Of a stretch of DNA of 33,431 nt, positions 18,066 through 26,208 are shown in pieces (the first letter of the stretch is position 1; each line of letters starts with the position of its first letter). Location of the stretch: contig DATLIL010000819.1 of the NCBI GenBank assembly GCA_035539475.1, positions 1-33,431 on the forward strand. The letters run 5' to 3'. The notes under the pieces were generated by a model, which made no database searches, was not told the DNA's origin, and saw only the letters and a program-made list of their open reading frames with translations. The position numbers were made by a program, and so were the translations under genes. This DNA is from Polyangiaceae bacterium. Its GTDB lineage: Bacteria > Myxococcota_A > Polyangia > Polyangiales > Polyangiaceae.

Positions 18066-19658
18066 ATGCACCGCCCGCTGTTCCTCAATGGCTTCATGGG
18101 TGTCGGAAAGAGCACCGTGGGCCGGCAAGTTGCTCAGGCCGCCTCACGGCCTTTCATCGATATGGACGAGCGCCTCGAATCGCGCTTCGGCATGACCATC
18201 GCCGAATATTTCGCGCGCCACGGGGAAACGGCCTTCCGCGCAGCGGAGCGTGCCGAGCTCGAGAGCCTGCTCGCTTCCGCGCCGCGCAGCACGGAGCCAC
18301 CGGTGATAGCGGTGGGCGGCGGGGCGATGCTGGCGCGGGCGCTCAGGTTGCGCGCACTCGACACCGCCGTCGTCGTCACGCTCGAAACCGAGGCCGAGGA
18401 GATCGCCCGTCGCGCCGTGGCGCAAGGCGGCCGCCCGCTACTCGACACTCCCGACGCGCTCGGGCGCACCCGCGAACTGCTCGAGCTCCGGGCAAACTCG
18501 TACGCGGAAGCTCACGCTCGCGTCAGCACCGGCGGGCGCCCTCCCGAGACGATCGCGCGCGAAGTGCTGGAGATCTGGAAGCGCGATCCGATCGCGGTGG
18601 CAGCCGGGCAGTACTCGTACTCGGTCGAAGTGGGACGCGGGATCGGGGCCGCCAGGGCCCCGGCGCTGGTCGGGCGAGCGTCGAGCGTCATGGTGGTGAC
18701 CGACGCCAACGTCGCGCCGCTACACGCCTCGACGCTCAAGCAAAGCTTGCTCGCCGCCGGCAACGTTCACGCCGAGTTCGTGCTCACCCCCGGCGAGCAG
18801 CACAAGAACATCGAGAGCATCAGGGCCATCTGGCAGAAGCTGCAGGACACCGGCGCAGATCGTCGCTCGGTGTGCGTCGGTCTGGGCGGCGGCGTCGTCA
18901 CCGACATGACCGGCTTTACCGCGTCGTCGTGGCTGCGCGGCGTGCGCTGGGTCGGCCTACCAACGACGCTGCTCGCCATGGTGGACGCCTCCACGGGCGG
19001 TAAGACCGGCGTCGATTTCGGTCCCGCCAAGAACGCGATCGGCGCTTTCTGGCAGCCGTCGGGCGTGATCTGCGACATCGCGCTCGAGGCCACCGAGCCC
19101 GCGCGAAACTACGTGAGCGCGCTCGCCGAGGTCGTCAAGACGGCGTTGATCGGCGACCCCGAGATGCTCGACCTCCTGGAGCGCGAGAGCGATCGCGTCG
19201 TGGCGCGCGAGCCCGACCTCGTCGAGGAGCTCGTGCGTCGTTCGGTGCGGGTCAAGGCGCGAATCGTCAGTCAGGACGAGCGCGAAAGCGGACTGCGCGC
19301 GGTGCTCAACCTGGGCCACACGGTGGGGCACGCGCTCGAGGCGATCGGCGGCTACGATCGCCTGACGCACGGCGAGGCCATCAGCCTCGGGCTGGTCGCT
19401 GCGCTGCGGCTGGGCGTTCGACGCGGCGTCACTCCCAGCGCACTCGAGGAGCGGATCGTCCGCCTGCTCGTCACCCTCGGTCTACCCACCGATCTCTCGC
19501 GCGAGCCGGTGCTCGAGGCAGCCGAGCTTCTGGCGCACGACAAGAAGAAGGCGGGAAAGAAGCTGCGCTTCATCTTTGCCCTCGACGCTGGCCGGGTCGA
19601 GACCTCCGATCTGGATCTGACGGAGCTCCATGACTCGGTGCGCAAGCTCGCCTCGTGA
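18066..19658 (+). CDS. aroKB: Bifunctional shikimate kinase / 3-dehydroquinate synthase
   Basis: AroK: GFMGVGKST, GETAFR..E, GGG, RPLL. AroB: PGEQHK, GLGGGVVTDMTGF, PTTLLAMVDASTGGKTG, KNAIGAFWQP, LNLGHTVGHALE, HGEAI, DKK. Start at ATG 18066. Confidence 0.95.
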   Translation: MHRPLFLNGFMGVGKSTVGRQVAQAASRPFIDMDERLESRFGMTIAEYFARHGETAFRAAERAELESLLASAPRSTEPPVIAVGGGAMLARALRLRALDTAVVVTLETEAEEIARRAVAQGGRPLLDTPDALGRTRELLELRANSYAEAHARVSTGGRPPETIAREVLEIWKRDPIAVAAGQYSYSVEVGRGIGAARAPALVGRASSVMVVTDANVAPLHASTLKQSLLAAGNVHAEFVLTPGEQHKNIESIRAIWQKLQDTGADRRSVCVGLGGGVVTDMTGFTASSWLRGVRWVGLPTTLLAMVDASTGGKTGVDFGPAKNAIGAFWQPSGVICDIALEATEPARNYVSALAEVVKTALIGDPEMLDLLERESDRVVAREPDLVEELVRRSVRVKARIVSQDERESGLRAVLNLGHTVGHALEAIGGYDRLTHGEAISLGLVAALRLGVRRGVTPSALEERIVRLLVTLGLPTDLSREPVLEAAELLAHDKKKAGKKLRFIFALDAGRVETSDLDLTELHDSVRKLAS

Positions 19659-19806
19659 GCAATTGCGCAGTGTTTGGCGGAGCGAGGCGTACTCCCGCGC
19701 ACAGCTCCTCACTTAGATAACTGCCACGAAATTGGCGTGTCGCACTGGTGGTCGGTAAGATCCTGATCCTGGGCGCCGATCGTGTGCAGTGCGCCCCGAG
19801 GTCACC

Positions 19807-20562
19807 ATGTCCTGGTTCAGGAAAATGACGGCCGCCGGATTGGTCCTGGCGAGCAGCTCGATCGCCGCGGGCTGCGCTGACAACGAGAGCATGATGTTCA
19901 TCATCGGCGTGGCGGACATCACAGGGTCCGACTGCGTGCTCGCACCATCTTCGGACGGGCCGTTCATCGGCCTGGGCACGCTCGATGTCGCGATCCGCGA
20001 TACGTACATCGCGGCGCTGGTGGTCGGTAACCAGCTCACCGAGCGTGGATCGCGGAACCAGCTGCGCACCGAGACGTCGCGGGTGCGCCTAGAGGGCGCC
20101 GAGGTGACCTTGGAAGACGCTGGCGGCGCCCAGCTCGCCGAGTTCACCAGTCTCGGCTCGGGCTTCGTCCACCCCGCAGCCGGCACCGACCCGAGCTACG
20201 GCGGCTTCTTCACGAACCTCGTTCCTCCCGGCGCCAACCTGCCCGAAGGCCAGTACGTGGCCTCGATTCGCGTCTTCGGCACGACGCTGGGCGGTCAGGA
20301 GATCGAGTCCGGCGAGCTCAGGTTCCCGATCGATATCTGCAACGGCTGCCTGGTCTACTACCCGGGTGAAGCGCTCGACGCGAGCGTGGCCGGCGGCGAT
20401 CCGTACTTGTGCGCCACGAGCCCGGCCACTGCCGTCGACCCCGAGGGCGCGGGAGCCGGAACGTGTAATGCCGGCCAAGACCAGATGGTGAGCTGCGTGA
20501 CCTGCGCTGCCAGTAGCCCCGTCTGCCGCGACCCGGCACTCAACCCGTACTACGGGGGATGA
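19807..20562 (+). CDS. Cys-rich lipoprotein of unknown function
   Basis: MSWFRKMTAAGLVLASSSIAAGC lipobox; 8 further Cys including CNGC and CVTC; strong GC3 codon bias. Confidence 0.8.
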   Translation: MSWFRKMTAAGLVLASSSIAAGCADNESMMFIIGVADITGSDCVLAPSSDGPFIGLGTLDVAIRDTYIAALVVGNQLTERGSRNQLRTETSRVRLEGAEVTLEDAGGAQLAEFTSLGSGFVHPAAGTDPSYGGFFTNLVPPGANLPEGQYVASIRVFGTTLGGQEIESGELRFPIDICNGCLVYYPGEALDASVAGGDPYLCATSPATAVDPEGAGAGTCNAGQDQMVSCVTCAASSPVCRDPALNPYYGG

Positions 20563-21104
20563 GAGCACGAGCGCTCGGCGCGGCCGTCCTGGCCTGCGCG
20601 TTCTCGTCGGTCGGAGTCGCGCAGGCGAGACCTCAGGGCAACGCGTCGCTGATCACCGGCGTCTGCGGCAACGGCTCCGACGGCGCCCTGTGGCAGGACA
20701 CCTTCTGGTGCAATGGCCTGCGCGCCGACATCCTGTTCGGACGCGAACGCGGTCGGGACTTCGCCCTCGGTCCGTACGCCCAGATCTCCAGCGCTGGATT
20801 CTGGGACGCCCGCTACGGCGCCGGACTCAGCCTGCTGGCGCCGCTGAACCAGGACTTCCCTCTCGTGCTCTCGCTGGGGGCGGGCGGGCACGAGCTCGAA
20901 GCAGCCCAGCTCGAAGGCTGGCTTTTCTGGGGCGCGCGCACCTACAACTTTCACGCCTCCTACTCGATCAGCGCCGGACTCTTGCTCGGCGCTAGCCACG
21001 ATCTGTCGTCTGCTGGCAGGAACACGCTCTTCGTCGGCGCGCAGGTCGACGGCCTGATCCTGGCTCTGCCCTTCCTCCTCGCCTACGAGGCGGTCGCCGA
21101 TTAG
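20559..21104 (+). CDS. Exported protein, possible small outer-membrane beta-barrel
   Basis: Signal peptide ending AQA; Gly/aromatic-rich alternating strands (GLRADILFG, FALGPYAQI, YGAGLSLL, LEGWLFWG, LFVGAQVDG); ATGA overlap with the upstream lipoprotein. Confidence 0.7.
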   Translation: MRARALGAAVLACAFSSVGVAQARPQGNASLITGVCGNGSDGALWQDTFWCNGLRADILFGRERGRDFALGPYAQISSAGFWDARYGAGLSLLAPLNQDFPLVLSLGAGGHELEAAQLEGWLFWGARTYNFHASYSISAGLLLGASHDLSSAGRNTLFVGAQVDGLILALPFLLAYEAVAD

Positions 21105-21445
21105 GTGAGCGGGGCTTCGTCGCCGGCGCTGTCGGCTTCCTCGGCGTGCTCCGGCGCAGCACTGCTCTCCAGTACCGCGTCGATGCGCTCGAGAACGGAG
21201 CTCAGCATCTCTTTGGCGCGTGCTTCGACGCGCAACCTGCGCTCGCGCTCTTCTTCGAGATCGTGAGCCAGCGCAAGCGCGGCGAGCAACAGCGTCTGCG
21301 GCGACACCTGCCGGCCCGGTGTGGTGAGCGAGCGCAAGCGAGTGTCTACGATCTCGGCCAGGCGCTTGAGCTCCGCCTCCTCGGCGGAGGCCAGCACTCG
21401 GTAGGTCTGACCGCCGATCTTCAGCTCGACGGGTGTGCCGCTCAT
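21101..21445 (-). CDS. zapA: Cell division protein ZapA
   Basis: VELKIGGQTYRV..EEAELKRLAEIVD.RL..LLLAALALAHDL followed by a coiled coil; start at ATG 21445. Confidence 0.9.
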   Translation of the reverse strand: MSGTPVELKIGGQTYRVLASAEEAELKRLAEIVDTRLRSLTTPGRQVSPQTLLLAALALAHDLEEERERRLRVEARAKEMLSSVLERIDAVLESSAAPEHAEEADSAGDEAPLT

Positions 21446-21517
21446 GTGAGGGTGTACGCTATCACCGTCGCCGCCGCATGGAAAGACGGTGATTGGCGCC
21501 CCGTCACTGCCGCCAGC

Positions 21518-21526
21518 TTGTCCACA
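21518..21526 (+). promoter_or_regulatory. DnaA-box variant TTGTCCACA upstream of zapA
   Basis: One mismatch to TTATCCACA; intergenic; followed by a weaker CCCTGCACA at 21529-21537. Confidence 0.4.
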
Positions 21527-21578
21527 ATCCCTGCACAGTTCGTACTCAGCGCCGACAGGAGCCGGGTACCGCGAGACC

Positions 21579-22193
21579 TCAGTGGAGCAGCCGAATCGCG
21601 ACCTGGGCGACCAGCGTGGCTGTCGCTTCCGGGTCGGCGCGTGTCGAAAGCGCTCGCAACACGATGACCTCCGCCGAGGCTGAAGCTGCCTGGACCAACG
21701 CGGGATCTTGCGCTCGGCCGCGTGTTTCCACCTGCCGCGCACTCTCGTACGAGACCGCCAGCACACGACCCGCCGGGCTGAGCGGCTGCTCGGGAGTGCG
21801 CTGCTCGGCGCAGAGCAACACCGCGGCTTCGTCTCTCACTTCGAGCAGCGCGCTGCACCAGTTCCGACTGATCGAACGCAGCCGCTCGATCGGTGTCCTC
21901 GCTCGCTCGAGCGCCGTCCGGCAGCCCAGCTCGAGGCGCGCTTGCGCTCGTGTGCTGACTGCTTCGAGTGCATGCTCGAAGTCGTCGAAGTATTCGTAGA
22001 ACGTGTTGCGCCCAACGCCGGCGAGCGCGATCACTCCGCTCACCCCCGGGCGTTGCTGCACGAACGCTGAGGCAGTGGCGAGCAGCAAGCGCTCACGTTG
22101 TTCCGCCTGACGGCGCTCGCGCGTGAGGGCGCGGTCGTATTGACCCCGGCCAGGTGCCGGCGACAGCGTTTCGTCGCGCTCAGGGGCCATCAT
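21579..22193 (-). CDS. TetR/AcrR family transcriptional regulator
   Basis: QRERLLLATASAF..GVSGVIALAGVGRNTFYEYFDD helix-turn-helix; 204 aa. Confidence 0.82.
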   Translation of the reverse strand: MMAPERDETLSPAPGRGQYDRALTRERRQAEQRERLLLATASAFVQQRPGVSGVIALAGVGRNTFYEYFDDFEHALEAVSTRAQARLELGCRTALERARTPIERLRSISRNWCSALLEVRDEAAVLLCAEQRTPEQPLSPAGRVLAVSYESARQVETRGRAQDPALVQAASASAEVIVLRALSTRADPEATATLVAQVAIRLLH

Positions 22194-22297
22194 TGAGACG
22201 TGCGTATCGTTAATGATCCTGAAAGCGCCGTCCAGGCGCCCGCGAAATCGACCGCCGAAAGGGGACGCGCAAGGGCCGCAACACGAGCTGCCGAGGG

Positions 22298-22325
22298 ATC
22301 AAAGATACACTAACGTTTTTATGTC
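22298..22325. promoter_or_regulatory. Degenerate second copy of the palindromic operator
   Basis: ATCAAAGATAC-actaac-GTTTTTATGTC matches 8/11 and 9/11 of the arms of the 22375 palindrome, with the same 6-nt spacer. Confidence 0.55.
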
Positions 22326-22374
22326 GCCTTCGGGCAACGTGGTCCCGGAGGCGTCGCTGAGAATTGTCGGGCGA

Positions 22375-22402
22375 AACATAAATACAACCTCGTATTTATG
22401 TT
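22375..22402. promoter_or_regulatory. Perfect AT-rich palindromic operator, probable TetR site
   Basis: AACATAAATAC-aacctc-GTATTTATGTT: 11-bp perfect inverted repeat between divergent tetR and bioFD. Confidence 0.7.
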
Positions 22403-22589
22403 GGTGCTCCTTCGGACTTGGCGGCGGGGTCTTGGGGCGGGGGTCAGGAACAGAGGCAGCGCGTGCCTGCAACGGGGTGGCCGTGCTCCTTTTCGGAAGT
22501 GAAGCTTGGGAGCGGGCCTCACTGGAGGGGAGCGATCGGCGCTTCAGGACGGCCCGAAGCCGGTCCCGATTCCGCGCTAAGGTGGGCGC

Positions 22590-24443
22590 GTGACCGACCG
22601 CTTCCTTCTTGAGGAACTGGCCCGACTGGAAGGACTCGGGCTCCTGCGTGAACCCGACGACGGCTCCCGGCGAACCGAAGCCCTCGACGCCGCGACCCGC
22701 GCGGGGGTCCCCCTTCTGGACGCCTCCTCCAATGACTACCTCGGCCTGGCTGCCTCTATCGTTTCACGTGAAACACTGAGCGCCTGGGGCGTGTCCGCCG
22801 GTTCAGGTGCGTCGCGCTTGATCCACGGCACCCGCGCCCCGCACCTCGAGTTGGAGCACCAACTGGCCGATTGGGTCAGGCAACCGAGCGCCCTGCTTTT
22901 CGCCAGCGGGTACGCGGCGAACGCGGGCCTCCTCTCCGCCCTGGGCGTTCCCGGAAGCCTGATTATCTCCGACGCCCTGAACCACGCATCCCTGATCGAT
23001 GGGTGTCGGCTCTCCCGCGCGACGGTCAGAGTGGTCCCGCACCTCGACCTGGCGGCAGTCGAACGAGAGCTCGAGCGGGCACGAACCCCGAACAGGTGGG
23101 TCGTGACGGAGTCCTACTTCAGCATGGACGGGGACGGCCCAGACCTCCCCGCACTGAGGGCTCTCTGCGACCGCTACGAGGCGGGTCTCGTGGTGGACGA
23201 GGCCCACGCGTTGGGAGTGTTCGGTCCCGAGGGCGCCGGCCGCTGCCTCGCACAAGGAGTGCGACCGGACGTGCTCGTTGGCACCTTGGGCAAGGCCGTG
23301 GGGGTCCACGGAGCGTTCGTGGCGGGTTCCAGTACGCTGAGGCGTTACCTCTGGAACCGCGCTCGAAGCTTCGTCTTCTCCACCGCGCCCTCTCCCGCTC
23401 TCGCAGCCCTGGCGCTGTTGCACGTGAAACACGTTCGCGCTGCCGAAGACCTACGAGCGACCCTCGCCGAGCGCTCCGCGCAGCTGCGCGAGGCGCTTGC
23501 CCCACGAGGCCTTCCTCCCCTGGAGCACTCGTTTGGACCGATCGTCCCCCTCGTCCTGGGTGACAACGAGAGCGTACTGACCGCAACCGCCGCCCTCGCG
23601 ACTCGAGGCATCCTCGTCCAGGGCATCCGTCCGCCGACGGTACCGAAGGGTTCGGCGCGGCTGCGCCTGACGGTCTCAGCCAGCATGAGCTCGACCGATG
23701 TCGAGCGTCTGGCGAAAGCGCTCGACTCTCTTCCTCGGCCGCGACCCACGCCACCTCCCACCTCCGTGGAGACCCCGCCCGCACCACGACGCATTGTCGT
23801 GTTGGGAACGGGCACCGAAGTCGGCAAGACCCACGTCGGTGTGCTGCTGGCGCGCCGACTCCGCGAAGCTGGAGCGAGCGTGCTCGCCCTGAAACCCGTG
23901 GAGTCGGGGAGCATCACGGTGACGGGCCCGGACGCCGCCGCCCTCGCGGCAGCTAGCGGGAGGGAAGCGCCGGGTGGCGCCTGGACCTTTGTCGATGCGC
24001 TCTCGCCGCACCTGGCAGCGCGGCACGCGGGTCGCCATATCCAGTCCGCGGCGGTCAAGCGTTGGGTCGACGATGCCATCGCCAGCGTACAGCCGTCCCC
24101 GCCAAGCCACGTTCTCATCGAGACTGCGGGGGGAACGTTCAGCCCGCTCAACGAGAACGAAACGAACTTCGATCTCGCCGTCGCCCTCGAGCCGGCCTTC
24201 TGGATCCTCGTCGCTCCCGATTCACTCGGCGTCCTTCACGACACCACCGCGACCCTGACAGCAATGGCGGCTCGTGGTCGAAAGCCGGACGTCATCGTTA
24301 TGTCGGCCGCGCGGCCGACAGATCCTAGCACCGGCTCCAACGCCGCCGAGCTAGCGCGGCTCGGTATGGCCCCGGCGACGGTGATCGCCCGCGACCAGGA
24401 GGACGCGCTCGAGCCCCTGCTCAGGGCGCTCCTCGGTTACTGA
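22590..24443 (+). CDS. bioFD: Fused 8-amino-7-oxononanoate synthase (BioF) - dethiobiotin synthase (BioD)
   Basis: BioF: SSNDYLGLA, GSGASRL, DALNHASLIDG, ESYFSMDGD, VDEAHALG, GTLGKAVG (PLP Lys), IRPPTVP. Pro-rich linker. BioD: GTGTEVGKT, LKPVESG, SPHLAA, IETAGG..SPL. Confidence 0.93.
   Translation: MTDRFLLEELARLEGLGLLREPDDGSRRTEALDAATRAGVPLLDASSNDYLGLAASIVSRETLSAWGVSAGSGASRLIHGTRAPHLELEHQLADWVRQPSALLFASGYAANAGLLSALGVPGSLIISDALNHASLIDGCRLSRATVRVVPHLDLAAVERELERARTPNRWVVTESYFSMDGDGPDLPALRALCDRYEAGLVVDEAHALGVFGPEGAGRCLAQGVRPDVLVGTLGKAVGVHGAFVAGSSTLRRYLWNRARSFVFSTAPSPALAALALLHVKHVRAAEDLRATLAERSAQLREALAPRGLPPLEHSFGPIVPLVLGDNESVLTATAALATRGILVQGIRPPTVPKGSARLRLTVSASMSSTDVERLAKALDSLPRPRPTPPPTSVETPPAPRRIVVLGTGTEVGKTHVGVLLARRLREAGASVLALKPVESGSITVTGPDAAALAAASGREAPGGAWTFVDALSPHLAARHAGRHIQSAAVKRWVDDAIASVQPSPPSHVLIETAGGTFSPLNENETNFDLAVALEPAFWILVAPDSLGVLHDTTATLTAMAARGRKPDVIVMSAARPTDPSTGSNAAELARLGMAPATVIARDQEDALEPLLRALLGY
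22760..22775. other. parS: parS centromere-like site (ParB binding)
   Basis: CGTTTCACGTGAAACA, 15/16 to TGTTTCACGTGAAACA; encodes VSRET inside bioF. Confidence 0.85.
23416..23431. other. parS: parS centromere-like site (ParB binding)
   Basis: TGTTGCACGTGAAACA fits TGTTNCACGTGAAACA; encodes LHVKH inside bioF. Confidence 0.8.
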
Positions 24444-25075
24444 ACGACTCGACCGTTCTCGAGCCGCACGCGGCGCGCCCCGAGGCGCTCGGCGAGACCA
24501 GGCTCGTGACTCACCACGATCACGAGCGTCCCCCGATCGCGCTCTTCGAGGACGGCGCGTTCCAGGAGCTCCGAGCTCGCCCGGTCGAGGCCGGTCCAGG
24601 GCTCGTCCAGGAGGAGGACACTGGGCGCGTGAACCAAGGCCCGCGCCAGTGCGATGCGCTGGCGCTGCCCACGTGAAAGGGTGCCGACCGCTCGCGATGC
24701 CAATGACTCGGCCGCCACACGTGCGGCGACGCGTTCCCAAGCGCCGGCGGTGGCCATGCCCTGAGCCCGAGCCGCGAGCTCGACGTTCTCGCGAGCAGTG
24801 AGCTGCCGGTAGCAATGCGAGTCGTGCGCCACCCAGCCCAGGTGGCGTCTCACCTCCATCACGTCGGCACCGATCGGATCGTAGACCACGCTGCCCGAGC
24901 TCGGGCGGAGCACCGTGCCGAGCACCGCGAGCAACGTGCTCTTGCCAGCGCCGTTCGGGCCCTCGAGGAACGTGAGGGAGCGGGCGCCCAGCTCCAGGTC
25001 CACCCCGCGCAGCGCTACCGTGGCGCCAAAGGTGCGAGTCACCGACCGCACCACGATGCGGGAGATCGAGGTCAC
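24437..25075 (-). CDS. ccmA: ABC ATP-binding protein, CcmA (heme exporter)-like
   Basis: Walker A GPNGAGKST, LTARENV, signature LSRGQRQR, Walker B LLLDEP, H-loop VSH; about 212 aa; start at GTG 25075. Confidence 0.72.
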   Translation of the reverse strand: MTSISRIVVRSVTRTFGATVALRGVDLELGARSLTFLEGPNGAGKSTLLAVLGTVLRPSSGSVVYDPIGADVMEVRRHLGWVAHDSHCYRQLTARENVELAARAQGMATAGAWERVAARVAAESLASRAVGTLSRGQRQRIALARALVHAPSVLLLDEPWTGLDRASSELLERAVLEERDRGTLVIVVSHEPGLAERLGARRVRLENGRVVQ

Positions 25076-25230
25076 CGGCCGTTCCCATAACACGACGCCG
25101 CTGATTTCCACCGAAACTAGGGGGATTCTGAGCACCGCGCGTACTTTTGAGCGCCTCCGCAGCCGGGATTCGGCCGGCTGGCTCAACGGTCGGCCGAATC
25201 CGGCGAAACCCCGTGCTACTATGCCGTTCA

Positions 25231-26196
25231 ATGACGTCGTCCGCCCTCGCGCTCGAGCCTCAGCATGCCGAGCAGCTCTCCGACCTGCGCCGTGCGGTGG
25301 AAGGCGCGCTGGAAGGCAAACCGGAGGTGGTCGAGCTCGCGCTGGTTGCGCTGCTCGCTCGCGGTCACGTCCTGATCGAAGACGTTCCGGGCGTCGGCAA
25401 GACGACGCTCGCTCGCGCCTTGGCGCGCGCGCTCGGCGGCGAAATGCGCCGCGTGCAGTTCACGAGCGACCTCTTGCCGAGCGATGTGCTCGGTGTCTCC
25501 GTCTACGATCAGAGGCGGAGTGAGTTCGTGCTGCGCGCCGGACCGATCTTCGCCAACGTACTTTTGGCTGACGAGATCAACCGCGCCAGCCCGCGCACCC
25601 AGTCCGCCTTGCTGGAGGCGATGAGCGACGGTCAGGTCTCCATCGACGGCAAGACGATGCCCCTGCCAGAGCCGTTCCTGGTCGTGGCAACGCAGAATCC
25701 GCAGGACTTCGCCGGAACCTATCCGCTGCCGGAGTCGCAGCTCGATCGCTTCATGATGCGGCTTCGCATCGGCTATCCACCGGCTCACGTCGAGACCCGG
25801 CTGATGCTCGAGCCTGATTTCGATCGCGTCGAAGCCGTGCCCGAGGTGCTCGATCCGCAAGCGCTGGTCAGCATGCAACGCGAAGTCGATCGCGTGAGCA
25901 CCGACGCGGCGCTCGGCGCCTACCTCCAGGCCCTGATCACCGCGACCCGCTCGAGTCCGCTGCTGGCGCTGGGCGCGTCCACGCGCGCCGGCATGAACCT
26001 CTCACGCTCGGCACGTGCCCGCGCCCTCCTGCACGGGCGTCACTACTGCATCGCCGACGACATCCACAGCCTGGCGGTACCGCTGCTCGCTCACCGCGTG
26101 CGACTGTCGTCTCACGCCGAGGGCTACGCACCCACCCGCGAGGAAGCCGAAGCCGCCATCCGTGAAGTGGTGGCGCGTGTTCCCGTACCGCTGTGA
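25231..26196 (+). CDS. moxR: MoxR family AAA+ ATPase
   Basis: GHVLIEDVPGVGKT, RVQFTSDLLPSD, LADEINRASPRTQSALLEAM, ATQNP, GTYPLPESQLDRF. Confidence 0.95.
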   Translation: MTSSALALEPQHAEQLSDLRRAVEGALEGKPEVVELALVALLARGHVLIEDVPGVGKTTLARALARALGGEMRRVQFTSDLLPSDVLGVSVYDQRRSEFVLRAGPIFANVLLADEINRASPRTQSALLEAMSDGQVSIDGKTMPLPEPFLVVATQNPQDFAGTYPLPESQLDRFMMRLRIGYPPAHVETRLMLEPDFDRVEAVPEVLDPQALVSMQREVDRVSTDAALGAYLQALITATRSSPLLALGASTRAGMNLSRSARARALLHGRHYCIADDIHSLAVPLLAHRVRLSSHAEGYAPTREEAEAAIREVVARVPVPL

Positions 26197-26208
26197 GGCG
26201 CCGCTCCA

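Noticed and set aside
18066-19658. AroK-AroB fusion as a novelty
   Set aside because: This bifunctional fusion is already known in several bacterial groups.
21000-21110. 6S RNA, often found downstream of zapA
   Set aside because: The zapA stop overlaps a convergent CDS, leaving no room for an ~180-nt RNA.
21446-21766. Extended N-termini from the ORF track (zapA, rph, GGDEF protein, aroKB, ccmA, moxR, GNAT)
   Set aside because: The extensions lack family similarity and mostly overlap neighbouring genes or promoters; internal starts match the family N-termini.
22189-22217. ATCATT...AATGAT imperfect palindrome at the tetR start as a third operator
   Set aside because: Only 6-bp outer arms; spacing and inner sequence differ from the two clear operators.
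22426-22444. G-run cluster as a G-quadruplex
   Set aside because: Only three closely spaced G-runs; unremarkable at this GC content.
22213-22593. 126-aa ORF spanning the tetR-bioF spacer
   Set aside because: No recognisable motif, atypical codon use, and it runs through the palindromic operators; more likely non-coding.
24665-24680. CTGCCCACGTGAAAGG as a third parS
   Set aside because: Only the CACGTGAAA core matches (about 9/16); not palindromic, and it encodes the ABC signature region.
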